From an uncultured bacterium (GTDB lineage Bacteria > Patescibacteriota > Microgenomatia > Levybacterales > UBA12049): DNA of 64,000 nucleotides. Under the pieces are notes generated by a model. The model made no database searches and was not told the origin of the DNA. It was given only the letters and a program-made list of their open reading frames with translations. The translations under genes were made by a program, and so were the position numbers. Within the stretch, counting starts at the first letter, position 1. Every line of letters begins with the position of its first letter. The stretch spans positions 64,809-128,808 of the forward strand of contig CAWGXL010000011.1 in assembly GCA_963826535.1 (NCBI GenBank), read 5' to 3'. Below are positions 9,763-19,300 of this stretch, in pieces.

Positions 9763-10905
9763 ATGTATAATGTGTTTATGAAAAGGATATTTCCTTTTTC
9801 TGTAATCTTACTTTTAGTACTTCTTATTTCTTCGGGTTTCTATTCTATTGTTCACGCAGCAGATATTAGAAGCAATAATGATCTCTATATTTTCAATAAG
9901 AGTATTCAGGTTGAGACGCCTGTTACAAATGATTTGGTAGCGGCCGGTGGAGATATTGTAGTTGATAATAATGTTAGCGGAAACATTATGGCTGCAGGCG
10001 GCAATTTGCGGATAAATGGAAATACCGAGGGGAGTGTTAGAGTTGCCGGTGGAAATATTGTTATTGAAGGAAACATTGGACGTGATTTAGTGATTGCCGG
10101 GGGATCTGTAAATATTACAGAAACCGCAACAATCGGAGGAGATCTGCTCTTTACAGGAGGAGAACTTACAATGGAGGGTACTGTAAATGGAAAAGCCATG
10201 ATAAACGGAGGTCAAGCGCGAATCGAAGGAACAGTCAATAAACAAGTAGAAGGAAGTTTAGGTAAGTTAGCCTTGGGGTCTCAATCTGTAATTGGCGGAG
10301 ATCTCCGCTACTCATCCCCCGAAAAAGCGATTATTGAAGAAGGCGCAGTTATTAGAGGCACTCAGCAATATACGCCTGTTGAACGACCTAAAAGTAATGC
10401 TGAACAATTTGGCGGCTTCATATCCGCTTTTTCTTTTTATAAATTGATCACCGATATTATTTTAAGCCTTGCGTTTATTTACTTTTTTGGCGCGTTTCTC
10501 CGGCGTTGTCTCACTAGCATTGGGGTATCACCTTTCAGAAACGCAGCATACGGCTTAGCGTTCCTCATCCTTATACCTTTGGTAAGCGTTTTCCTTTTCA
10601 TCCTTATTTGGTTAGGAATTGCCTCATTCCTCTTTTACATTTTAGTACTTATTATTTCTGTTTTTGTTGCCAAAGTTTTTCTGGGTTGGTTTCTTGTCCG
10701 TTGGTGGTACAGGCGCAGTAAAAAAGAATATGTACTTGACTGGAGAGCCGGGGTTATAGGTCCAATCGCACTCTTTCTTATTATTCTAATTCCGCTTATT
10801 GGATGGTTATTTATCGCGATTTTGTATCTGATAAGTATTGGAGCGGTAATCCGCGAACTTGCAATAGTAGCTCAGACACAACAAATATCCCGCAAAAAGA
10901 AATAG
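9763..10905 (+). CDS. Membrane protein with bactofilin-like beta-helical repeats and a C-terminal polytopic domain
   Basis: Signal/TM at the N-terminus. Repeated AAGG(D/N)IxIxGNxxG units. Four to five C-terminal TM helices. Confidence 0.4.
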   Translation: MYNVFMKRIFPFSVILLLVLLISSGFYSIVHAADIRSNNDLYIFNKSIQVETPVTNDLVAAGGDIVVDNNVSGNIMAAGGNLRINGNTEGSVRVAGGNIVIEGNIGRDLVIAGGSVNITETATIGGDLLFTGGELTMEGTVNGKAMINGGQARIEGTVNKQVEGSLGKLALGSQSVIGGDLRYSSPEKAIIEEGAVIRGTQQYTPVERPKSNAEQFGGFISAFSFYKLITDIILSLAFIYFFGAFLRRCLTSIGVSPFRNAAYGLAFLILIPLVSVFLFILIWLGIASFLFYILVLIISVFVAKVFLGWFLVRWWYRRSKKEYVLDWRAGVIGPIALFLIILIPLIGWLFIAILYLISIGAVIRELAIVAQTQQISRKKK

Positions 10906-10974
10906 TCAGAAGTAAGGCCTTTGTTATAATGGGAGTATAAATAACCTACGTTTCTAAGTAGGTTATTAAAGCTT

Positions 10975-11883
10975 ATGACTTTTCTTGAAAAATATGAACT
11001 CCTTATAAAATCTATTCCGGTTCCAGCTGTGACGATTGGCCCAGATACCATTGATTGTGAATACGTTGATAATACCTATAGAAGTAAAAACTGCCATTAC
11101 TGTATCAACGGATCAGACCTCATAGGAGGTATATATACAAATTTGGGATTGGGGATTAAACTTGTAGATTGTGCTTCAGTGGTAGAGTCAGAAAAATGTT
11201 ATGAGTGTAATGATTGCAATAAGTGCCACAGCTGCACATACCTAATGGATTGTAACAGCTGTACGGATTGCCATTTTTCTGCTTTTTTAAATTCTTGTAC
11301 TGAATGCTTCGGTTGTGTAGCGTTAACTCATAAGAAGTATTGTATTTTCAATAAACAATACACAAAAGAAGAATATCTAAAAATGATAATAGAATTAAAA
11401 AAAGAAAAGCCGGAAAAAAATCTTGAAAAAATGGTTGAATTGAAACACAAGATACCGCATCCGGCAAGTCAACAAATAAATAACGAGAATTGTCCTTACG
11501 GGGACTATATATATAATTCTAATAATTGTTATTGGTGTTTTAATAGTTACTATTGTGAAAATTCCGGCTATAATTACGTGAGCGGTAGGGTGAATAACTG
11601 TTGGGATCTCTTTTTCTCAGGTGGAAACATAATTAAAAAAACTATTTCTGAGCGTTGTTATGAATTTGTGGATTCTGCTAATTGCTACGATTGTGCATTT
11701 TTAAACCTTTGTGAAAGTTGCACAAATTGCGACTATGGTACGTGGCTTTTAAACTGTTCCGATTGCTTTGGTTGTGTTGGGTTAAAAAATAAAAAGTACT
11801 GTGTTTTAAATAATCAGCTTACGAAAGTGCAATATGATAAAACTGTTAGAGAGATTAAGAATGAGCTTGGATGGAAATCTTAG
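10975..11883 (+). CDS. Cysteine-rich MTFLEKY-family protein (period-3 CxxC repeats), intact copy
   Basis: 302 aa. Shares the N-terminus MTFLEKYxLLxKSIPVPA, central CTDCHFSAFLNSCTxCFGCV...HKKYCIFNKQYTKEEY and C-terminus CVLNNQLTK..EIKNELGWK with five other copies in the window. A TGTTATAAT extended -10 sits at 10921. Confidence 0.7.
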   Translation: MTFLEKYELLIKSIPVPAVTIGPDTIDCEYVDNTYRSKNCHYCINGSDLIGGIYTNLGLGIKLVDCASVVESEKCYECNDCNKCHSCTYLMDCNSCTDCHFSAFLNSCTECFGCVALTHKKYCIFNKQYTKEEYLKMIIELKKEKPEKNLEKMVELKHKIPHPASQQINNENCPYGDYIYNSNNCYWCFNSYYCENSGYNYVSGRVNNCWDLFFSGGNIIKKTISERCYEFVDSANCYDCAFLNLCESCTNCDYGTWLLNCSDCFGCVGLKNKKYCVLNNQLTKVQYDKTVREIKNELGWKS

Positions 11884-11911
11884 AGCTTATTACTTTCAGG
11901 TTTAATGGAGA

Positions 11912-14900
11912 TTAATTTACTTTCCCATCCGGCTGCATAGCAGTGCCCCCTCCGCCAAAATTTACAGTCCCATTTACTCCATTAGGTGCTTGATATGGAG
12001 GCTGAATACCAGGCTGGTTATTCATTGGCGGTGGTGGAGGTTGGTTTTGAGGTGTACCATTGGCTGGCTGTGGAACATTATTTTGTACAGGAGAGTAGTT
12101 GCCTTGAACCAGAGGCGGATTTTGCCCAGTACCAGACGGTTCAGGATTTTGCGCCGGTGGATTGTTGGGTTGTGAAGGAGGCTGACCTGACTGTCCGTCG
12201 GTAGGATTTTGCTGTCCCTGGCCAAACGGATAGTTCTGACTTGGGTCTGCGGGATTTGTCTGTGGGTTTACCGGCTGACCTACTTCTCCGGCAGGTGGGT
12301 TTTGCCCGGTACCAGGTGGCACCTGGTTATTTGTTTGCTGCGACGCATCCTGGGGTTGAGCTTGCAATTCAGCGGCGGAAGTATTGTTTGATACGTTGTC
12401 AATTGCATTTAAAATCATGATCGCTGTTTCGTCATTTTGTGTTTTTGCTTGATTGAGCTGCTCGATCAATTGCTGAATTTCTTCACTTGTTACCGCATCT
12501 GTCAAATTAAGCAAAGACGTTGCTAATTTATTACCTTTTTGGCTGGCTTCATCTACTTTGGTATGTAAATTCGTATACAACTCTTTTTCATCAGCATTTT
12601 CCGCGGTGATTGGATTGGCAATAAGAAGTAATGGCACTTTTATTTTCATTATTTCATTTTGCTTGATTGCATCCTGAATTGTGGCCAGTATCTCGGCAGC
12701 CAATGGATCGCCTTGATCTTTGGCCTGTTGTAGTTGGGTTTGTAATTGTTCTATGTCGTCATCAGATGTAATATCTGTAATATTTAAAATTTGTTCCGCG
12801 AGGGGATGATTCTGTTTCCCTGCTTCGCTCAGTTTGTCATAAAGATCTGAGAATTTCCTTTTATTTTCAGGTTCGGCTAAATAAAGCGGGTTGCCGAGTT
12901 GCTTCATGAACTTTTTAAATTTAGTTGTGGGATTGGCTTCTAATGCTTCTTCCGAAGCTTTGCTAATTTCACTATTCATGAGTGCGAGAATGTCGGTTGC
13001 CAGTTCGTTTTCAGTATCTTTCCCTTTGTTCAAATCTTCCATTATTTTTTCAATTGCCGATTGAGGCGAATCGGGTTTTAGTTGAAGAATTGCGGTGGCA
13101 ATCACATTGTTGTTCTGGCTTTCAACTACAACTTTATCATGCAGTTCTTTGAATTTATCGCGGGTAGCTACCGATGCTACTGTTTCCGGATTAACTATTG
13201 ATAAGAGAATTTTCTTTTCCCGCTCGATTGCTTTCAGCTGTTGGGCTATACCCGCTGCCAGGTCGAGTATTTCTTTTGCTAACTCGTCACCTTTCTCTTT
13301 CGCATCATTAAGTTTTTGTCTTATATCGCTAATCTCCTTGTCAGGCGTAGACGCGTTTACGGCAAGAATTGCGGCATAAACCGGATTTGCTCCAGTGCCT
13401 GCTGTGACTGTTTCTTTAGTTGCTTTATCTACTTCTGTGCCTGCTGCGGCAGCTTCTGTTTTTGCTTTATCTGCCTCTGTGGGCGCAGGAGTTACATCTG
13501 CGGTTGCTTTATCTATTCCAGTGCTTGCTGAGTTTGTTGCATTGCTTGCTGCGACAACTTTATCGTGTAATTTCTTGAATATTTCCAGGTCGAATCCAGC
13601 TGTTACATCTTCAGGCTTGGCAATTTTCTGTAAAATTACCTTGAATTCGCTATCGGTTAACAGCGTTACATCGCCTGCTTGTCCACCCTTGTTGAAAATG
13701 AATGCATTGATATTTTCATTATAGTCAATAACGATTGTATCCCCCGGCACGAATTTTTTGGAAATGATGGCGAGTGCGATCGGATTTTCTATGGTTGTTT
13801 GGATAAGACGGCGCAGGGGTCTGGCTCCATAGACAGGATCGTATCCATCTTTGGCTAGTTTAGCAATTGCTTTCTCAGTAATTTGTAAATGGAAGCCTTG
13901 CTCCTTTAATAGCCCGGCAGTCTTGGCGATACCAAGCCGCACTATGCCCGCCATGTGCTCAGGGCGAAGCGGCTTAAATATAACTACCTCATCGAAACGG
14001 TTGAGAAGCTCGGGACGTAAGAACTTAATCAGCTCATCTTTGACGATTTTTTGCAGTTCTGTAAATTGCTTGTTTAATTGTTCAGTTGTTAGTTTGACCT
14101 CTTTACCTTGTTTACTTAGGAATTGCTGGATGATAGCGCTCCCGATATTTGAGGTACATATAACTATAGTATTTTTAAAGGAAATAACATTTCCCTTGTT
14201 GTCTGTTAGTCTACCGTCTTCCAGAAGTTGTAATAGAATATTAAAAACGTCGGGATGAGCTTTTTCAATTTCATCAAACAAAACGATTGAGTATGGCTTC
14301 TTTCTAACCGCTTCTGTCAGTACGCCTCCTTCTTCATATCCAACATAGCCCGGAGGCGCGCCTATAAGCTTGGCAACTTCATGCTTTTCCATAAACTCGG
14401 ACATATCCAGACGAGCCATGGCATCATCGCGCCCGAATAATAATTCGGCTAAGGTTTTGGCAAGTTCAGTTTTTCCTACTCCAGTGGGACCAAGAAAGAC
14501 AAAAGAGGCGGTTGGTCTCTGGCCTGATGCGAGTCCAATTCTTCCACGTCGCACTGCTTCGGAAACCGCTACTACAGCTTCTTCTTGGTCGATAAGTCTC
14601 TGATGAATGCGTTCTTCGAGTTTTAGCAATTTTTCACTCTCGTCTTCAGTCAATTTGGTAATGGGAATTCCTGTCCAAGCGCTGACGACTTTCTCAATAT
14701 CGGCTTTTTTCACATCGCTGTCACCCCGTTTGCCTGTGTCTACCTGCAGTTTAACTTCAGCGCATCCCTCATCAAGCAAATCAATAGATTTATCAGGTAG
14801 AAAACGTTCTCCGATATATTTCTTGGCTAGTTTGATTGATTCTTTGAGCGCGTCATCCGGAATTTTAACACGATGGAATTTTTCATATTTTGTACGCAGC

Positions 14901-16276
14901 ACCTTCATCATTTCGAAGGCATTTTCATCACTTGGTTCTTCAGCGGTTACAGGTTGGAAACGGCGCTCAAATGCTTTATCTTTTTCAAAATGCTTGCGGT
15001 ATTCGGTTGTTGTGGTCGCGCCTATAATTTGCAACTGGCCGCGGGCCAGATATGGCTTTACGATATTGGCCGCGTTCATGCCCTCGCTTTCTCCCGCACC
15101 CATAAGAGAATGAATTTCATCTATAAACAGAATAATTGTTCCATTACTACCTAGGACTTCTGTAATTACCCCTTTGATTCTTTCTTCGAATTCGCCTCTA
15201 TGACTTGCACCAGCGACTAATGATGCAACATCCAGTTGAAAGATTCTTTTATTTAATATATCTTTGGGGACAGCATTAGCAACGATTTTTTGCGCTAACC
15301 CTTCGACTATTGCAGTCTTTCCCACACCTGTCTCGCCAATAATAATCGGATTGTTTTTGGTCCTGCGTAAAAGGATATGGAGGATGCGGTCAATTTCTTT
15401 TTCGCGCCCTGCGACAGGATCAAGTTTGCCTTCGCGGGCTTCAGCCGTTAAGTCAATGGCGTATTTTTCTAAAGTTGATTTCCTACCATAACCGCCGGTA
15501 GTTGATTTTGAAAGTTTATCTACAACTACTTCTTTTTTCAGACCAAGTGTTTGCAAAGTTTGTGCGGTTGAGTAATTAGGACCAAAAAGGACTACCAGAA
15601 TATCTTCCGGTGAAATGAAAGTTGATCCACGCATTTTCGCGTCCCGATAAGCTTGGTCAAAAACCTGCTGGGACACATTACTAAGTACCGGCTGACCTTT
15701 GTATGTTCCGACTCTTTCTTTGGCTTGAATTTCTTTGGAAAGCCTGCCTACATCAACCGCAAGTTCACCCAGTAATTTACTTATTTGTTGATCATATAAC
15801 AATCCAAATAATAACTGGTCAGGTTCAATAGATTGCTGATGGATTCTTCTAGATTCTTCTTGTGCGTGCGTTAATACCAGACTTGCTCTTGGATCCAGAT
15901 GTGAAAGGGCTGACGTATCTACTTTTGCAGAGGTGTTACCAAGGGCCGGATTTGTCTGTCCTTTTGGTAATCCGGCGCCAGGATGTCCTTCCGGAGGAGC
16001 TTGTCCTGCTTGTCCTGGGGGTGGATTCCCTGCACTAACAGGTGCTTGATTTTGTTGAGGACCGGCACCCGGTTGAGGAGGCGGTTGTTGTGCTGAATCT
16101 GGCGGTGGTGGCTGCTGATTATTTTGCTGAGGTTGATTTGACCCCTGTGGCGTATTTGCTTGGGCATCCTGGTTATTATATTGTTGATTTGGATCTTGAG
16201 GCGCCGATTGAACAGGTGGCGCCTGGGCTCCTTGTGCTTCCCCGTCTTTTTTTTGATTGAATAATTTTCCAAACAT
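11912..16276 (-). CDS. ClpA/ClpB-type double-AAA+ unfoldase with Pro/Gln-rich disordered tails and a C-terminal about 90-aa helical-repeat region
   Basis: Clp_N-like domain. D1 has Walker [16 protein letters not shown] and Walker [10 protein letters not shown]2 has [35 protein letters not shown] and GARPLRR sensor-2. The linker between D1 and D2 is too short for a ClpB M-domain. No [IVL]G[FL] ClpP-docking loop is seen after [11 protein letters not shown]. Residues about 900-1290 form repeats homologous to the neighbouring giant protein. N- and C-terminal roughly 125-160 aa are P/Q/N/G-rich. Confidence 0.75.
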   Translation of the reverse strand: MFGKLFNQKKDGEAQGAQAPPVQSAPQDPNQQYNNQDAQANTPQGSNQPQQNNQQPPPPDSAQQPPPQPGAGPQQNQAPVSAGNPPPGQAGQAPPEGHPGAGLPKGQTNPALGNTSAKVDTSALSHLDPRASLVLTHAQEESRRIHQQSIEPDQLLFGLLYDQQISKLLGELAVDVGRLSKEIQAKERVGTYKGQPVLSNVSQQVFDQAYRDAKMRGSTFISPEDILVVLFGPNYSTAQTLQTLGLKKEVVVDKLSKSTTGGYGRKSTLEKYAIDLTAEAREGKLDPVAGREKEIDRILHILLRRTKNNPIIIGETGVGKTAIVEGLAQKIVANAVPKDILNKRIFQLDVASLVAGASHRGEFEERIKGVITEVLGSNGTIILFIDEIHSLMGAGESEGMNAANIVKPYLARGQLQIIGATTTTEYRKHFEKDKAFERRFQPVTAEEPSDENAFEMMKVLRTKYEKFHRVKIPDDALKESIKLAKKYIGERFLPDKSIDLLDEGCAEVKLQVDTGKRGDSDVKKADIEKVVSAWTGIPITKLTEDESEKLLKLEERIHQRLIDQEEAVVAVSEAVRRGRIGLASGQRPTASFVFLGPTGVGKTELAKTLAELLFGRDDAMARLDMSEFMEKHEVAKLIGAPPGYVGYEEGGVLTEAVRKKPYSIVLFDEIEKAHPDVFNILLQLLEDGRLTDNKGNVISFKNTIVICTSNIGSAIIQQFLSKQGKEVKLTTEQLNKQFTELQKIVKDELIKFLRPELLNRFDEVVIFKPLRPEHMAGIVRLGIAKTAGLLKEQGFHLQITEKAIAKLAKDGYDPVYGARPLRRLIQTTIENPIALAIISKKFVPGDTIVIDYNENINAFIFNKGGQAGDVTLLTDSEFKVILQKIAKPEDVTAGFDLEIFKKLHDKVVAASNATNSASTGIDKATADVTPAPTEADKAKTEAAAAGTEVDKATKETVTAGTGANPVYAAILAVNASTPDKEISDIRQKLNDAKEKGDELAKEILDLAAGIAQQLKAIEREKKILLSIVNPETVASVATRDKFKELHDKVVVESQNNNVIATAILQLKPDSPQSAIEKIMEDLNKGKDTENELATDILALMNSEISKASEEALEANPTTKFKKFMKQLGNPLYLAEPENKRKFSDLYDKLSEAGKQNHPLAEQILNITDITSDDDIEQLQTQLQQAKDQGDPLAAEILATIQDAIKQNEIMKIKVPLLLIANPITAENADEKELYTNLHTKVDEASQKGNKLATSLLNLTDAVTSEEIQQLIEQLNQAKTQNDETAIMILNAIDNVSNNTSAAELQAQPQDASQQTNNQVPPGTGQNPPAGEVGQPVNPQTNPADPSQNYPFGQGQQNPTDGQSGQPPSQPNNPPAQNPEPSGTGQNPPLVQGNYSPVQNNVPQPANGTPQNQPPPPPMNNQPGIQPPYQAPNGVNGTVNFGGGGTAMQPDGKVN

Positions 16277-16306
16277 ATTGGCTATATATTAATTAAATAC
16301 TATTAT

Positions 16307-19300
16307 TTACTTCTTTGCAATCTCTTCTTCTTCAGAAAGCGCTTTTGGTTCTTCTTCTTTTTTTATTCCCACTTCAACTTTTTCCTCTTTTTCATCTCCC
16401 AGCTTCAACACTGAAATTACTGTTTTTGCGGCTTTAAGTTTGACGTTGAGATAATCACTTATTTCCTGATAAGAGAATCCTCCCAAAAGCAGGAAAGGTA
16501 GAATGGTTCCCACTTTCTTGAGTCCATCATTTTTCTTATCTGTCTCAGGTGCGAGTAAAAGTGCGAGGGTTTCTTTTATTTCCTCAATCTCTTTCGTAAT
16601 CCATTCTATCCTTCCTTGTTTGTCGTCATTGAAGCCGAAAGGTACAGGAAGAGTCCGATAATTTTCTTCCCACATCTTTTCGATTTCCGTATAATCTTTT
16701 TGCGTAACGGATTGCAGTTTATTACTTTGGGGTACATCAGTTGCATTAATTTGAGAATGTGGCGAAACAGAATGTTTTGCTGCGGTTAAAATACTATCCG
16801 CAGTCTTGTCGCCTTTTTGACTTTTTTCGATAAGCTTCTGGCGTAGATTTTCTATTTTTTGCCGATCAGCCGGTATTTGGACATTTGTTGGGGTGGCGAG
16901 GTTTGCAAGTATTACATGCTCTTTGTGCATTTCTGTGATTTGAGATTTATCCCTAGCCAGAGACATGGCTTCATAACGGACTATATCTTTCATGGTCGGG
17001 AGCTTTAGTTCAACCATAGCCAGGATTTCATTGGAGACCTCGGGTGTGACAATGTTGGTGGCCGCAAATGAGGGGGTTGATATTTCAACTGAAGGCGCTT
17101 CTATATTGACTGCCATGGTTTGGGCTGCTTCCGCGTGTTTGGTTGCAACAGATACTTTGGTTTCTTCGTCAAGGGAAATGGATTTGAGAACATCTTTGGC
17201 TGCATCTTGTTTGGTTTGTAGATAAGAGACGATTTCGGATTGAGAGAAGCCTCCGACTAAAAGGAAGGGCAGAATGTTGGCTACTTCAGAGAGTCCCTGA
17301 TTTACTTTATCCTGATCAGCAGAGTTTAAGAGATTGGTTAAATTACCAATTTTCTCAATATCATCCTTAATCCATTCAGTTCTTGTTCCGGCCATGCCTT
17401 CAGGGACTTCCATATTATTGTAGTTTTCTGTCCACATTTTCTTGACATCTGCTAATTCTTCGGGGGTGACAGTTTGGATGCGGTTGGTTGAGGGAAGAGA
17501 TATTGCCTGTGGCAAAGCCCCTAAAACAGAAGTAGCTACAGATTCACCTTTAAGTTTTTCTTCTTTTAATTTATCACTTAATTTTTGGATATCTGCGCTG
17601 GTTGTTGATTTGTTCACGCTCAAGAGAGAAGTGGCAAGCTCATTGCCGCTTTGACTGGATTTGGCTATGGAATCATGTAATTTGGTCAGGCGCTCACGAT
17701 CAACCGGCGAGGAGATAGAGGCCGGATTGGCGATTTGTTGCAAAACTTGTCTAACTTTGTTGGTCTGTACAGATTTATTAACTGTTGACATAACAGAGGT
17801 AGCTAGAAGATTTGCGCCCTGCTGGCCTTTGTCAAGTTGTTCTCGGATCTTTTGCAGATCTGCATTTGAGGTACTATCGTTTACAGAAAGAATAGTACTG
17901 GCAAGTTCATTCTTCTTATCTTTTTCCTTAACTAGTATCTCATGTAACTTTGTGAATGCAACACGTTCCGATTCAGAAGTGACTGAAGCCGGATTGACGA
18001 TTTGCAGGAGAACGTTTTTGAAGTCTGATGATTGAGTTGCGCTAAAAGCCGCTTTTTGCATAGCAGAACTGGCTGCATTTAAAACTATATCCGCAGTTGC
18101 GTTGCCTTTTTGGCTTTCTTCGAGGAGTTTTTCCCGGAGCTTATCAAATCTAACTCTTTCTGTACTGACAGTAGCTGACGCAGGGTTGGCAATTCTTTCA
18201 AGTGTTTCGCGAACTTTTTGCACCTCTCCAAGTTGCGATTTGTCTCGGGACATTGACATGGTCTCAAAGCGGGCAATATCACGCATTCTGGGTAATTTCA
18301 ATTCAACCATAGCCAGGATTTCATTGGAGACCTCGGGTGTGACAATGTTGGTGGCCGCAAATGAGGGGGTTGATATTTCAACTGAAGGCGCTTCTATATT
18401 GACTGCCATGGTTTGGGCTGCTTCCGCGTGTTTGGTTGCAACAGATACTTTGGTTTCTTCGTCAAGGGAAATGGATTTGAGAACATCTTTGGCTGCATCT
18501 TGTTTGGTTTGTAGATAAGAGACGATTTCGGATTGAGAGAAGCCTCCGACTAAAAGGAAGGGCAGAATGTTGGCTACTTCAGAGAGTCCCTGATTTACTT
18601 TATCCTGATCAGCAGAGTTTAAGAGATTGGTTAAATTACCAATTTTCTCAATATCATCCTTAATCCATTCAGTTCTTGTTCCGGCCATGCCTTCAGGGAC
18701 TTCCATATTATTGTAGTTTTCTGTCCACATTTTCTTGACATCTGCTAATTCTTCGGGGGTGACAGTTTGGATGCGGTTTAAGGAAGGGACACTGATGCTT
18801 GCCTGCTGGGCGGCTGTTGCAAGTACATCTGCGGCAACCGATTCACCTTTAGTCTTGGCTTCATTTAATTTGTCACTTAATTTTTGGATATCTGCGCTAG
18901 TGGTTGATTTATTTACAGATAACAGCGAGGTCGCAAGTTCATTTCCCTTCTGACTTTCTTTTGTCAGGGCTTCATGCAGTTTAGTCATTTTTTCTTTATT
19001 AATAGCTGTAGCTGTGGCGGGGTTGGCGATTTGTTGGAGAACGTCTTTGACTTTGGTCATGTTTTGTGATTTTTGTAAACTGCTACTAATTGTTGTAAGT
19101 ACTTGTGAAGACATAGCAGAGTCTTTTGATTGCTGGAGTTTTTCGCTGATTTTTTCAAGCTCTGTTTGTGTTGTGATATCTTTTACTTGCAAGATTTGGC
19201 CTGCTAATTGGTTGTTATTCTCTTTACTTTCGTGTGCAAGCATGTCGTGGAGTTTGGTCATCTTTTCACGATCAGATGAATTGGTAGCTGAAGCCGGGTT

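Noticed and set aside
13095-15491. Plus-strand ORFs (94-168 aa) overlapping the AAA+ gene
   Set aside because: They are antisense to a gene with strong Clp-family motifs. Their products are low-complexity S/A/L-rich. These are typical spurious ORFs.
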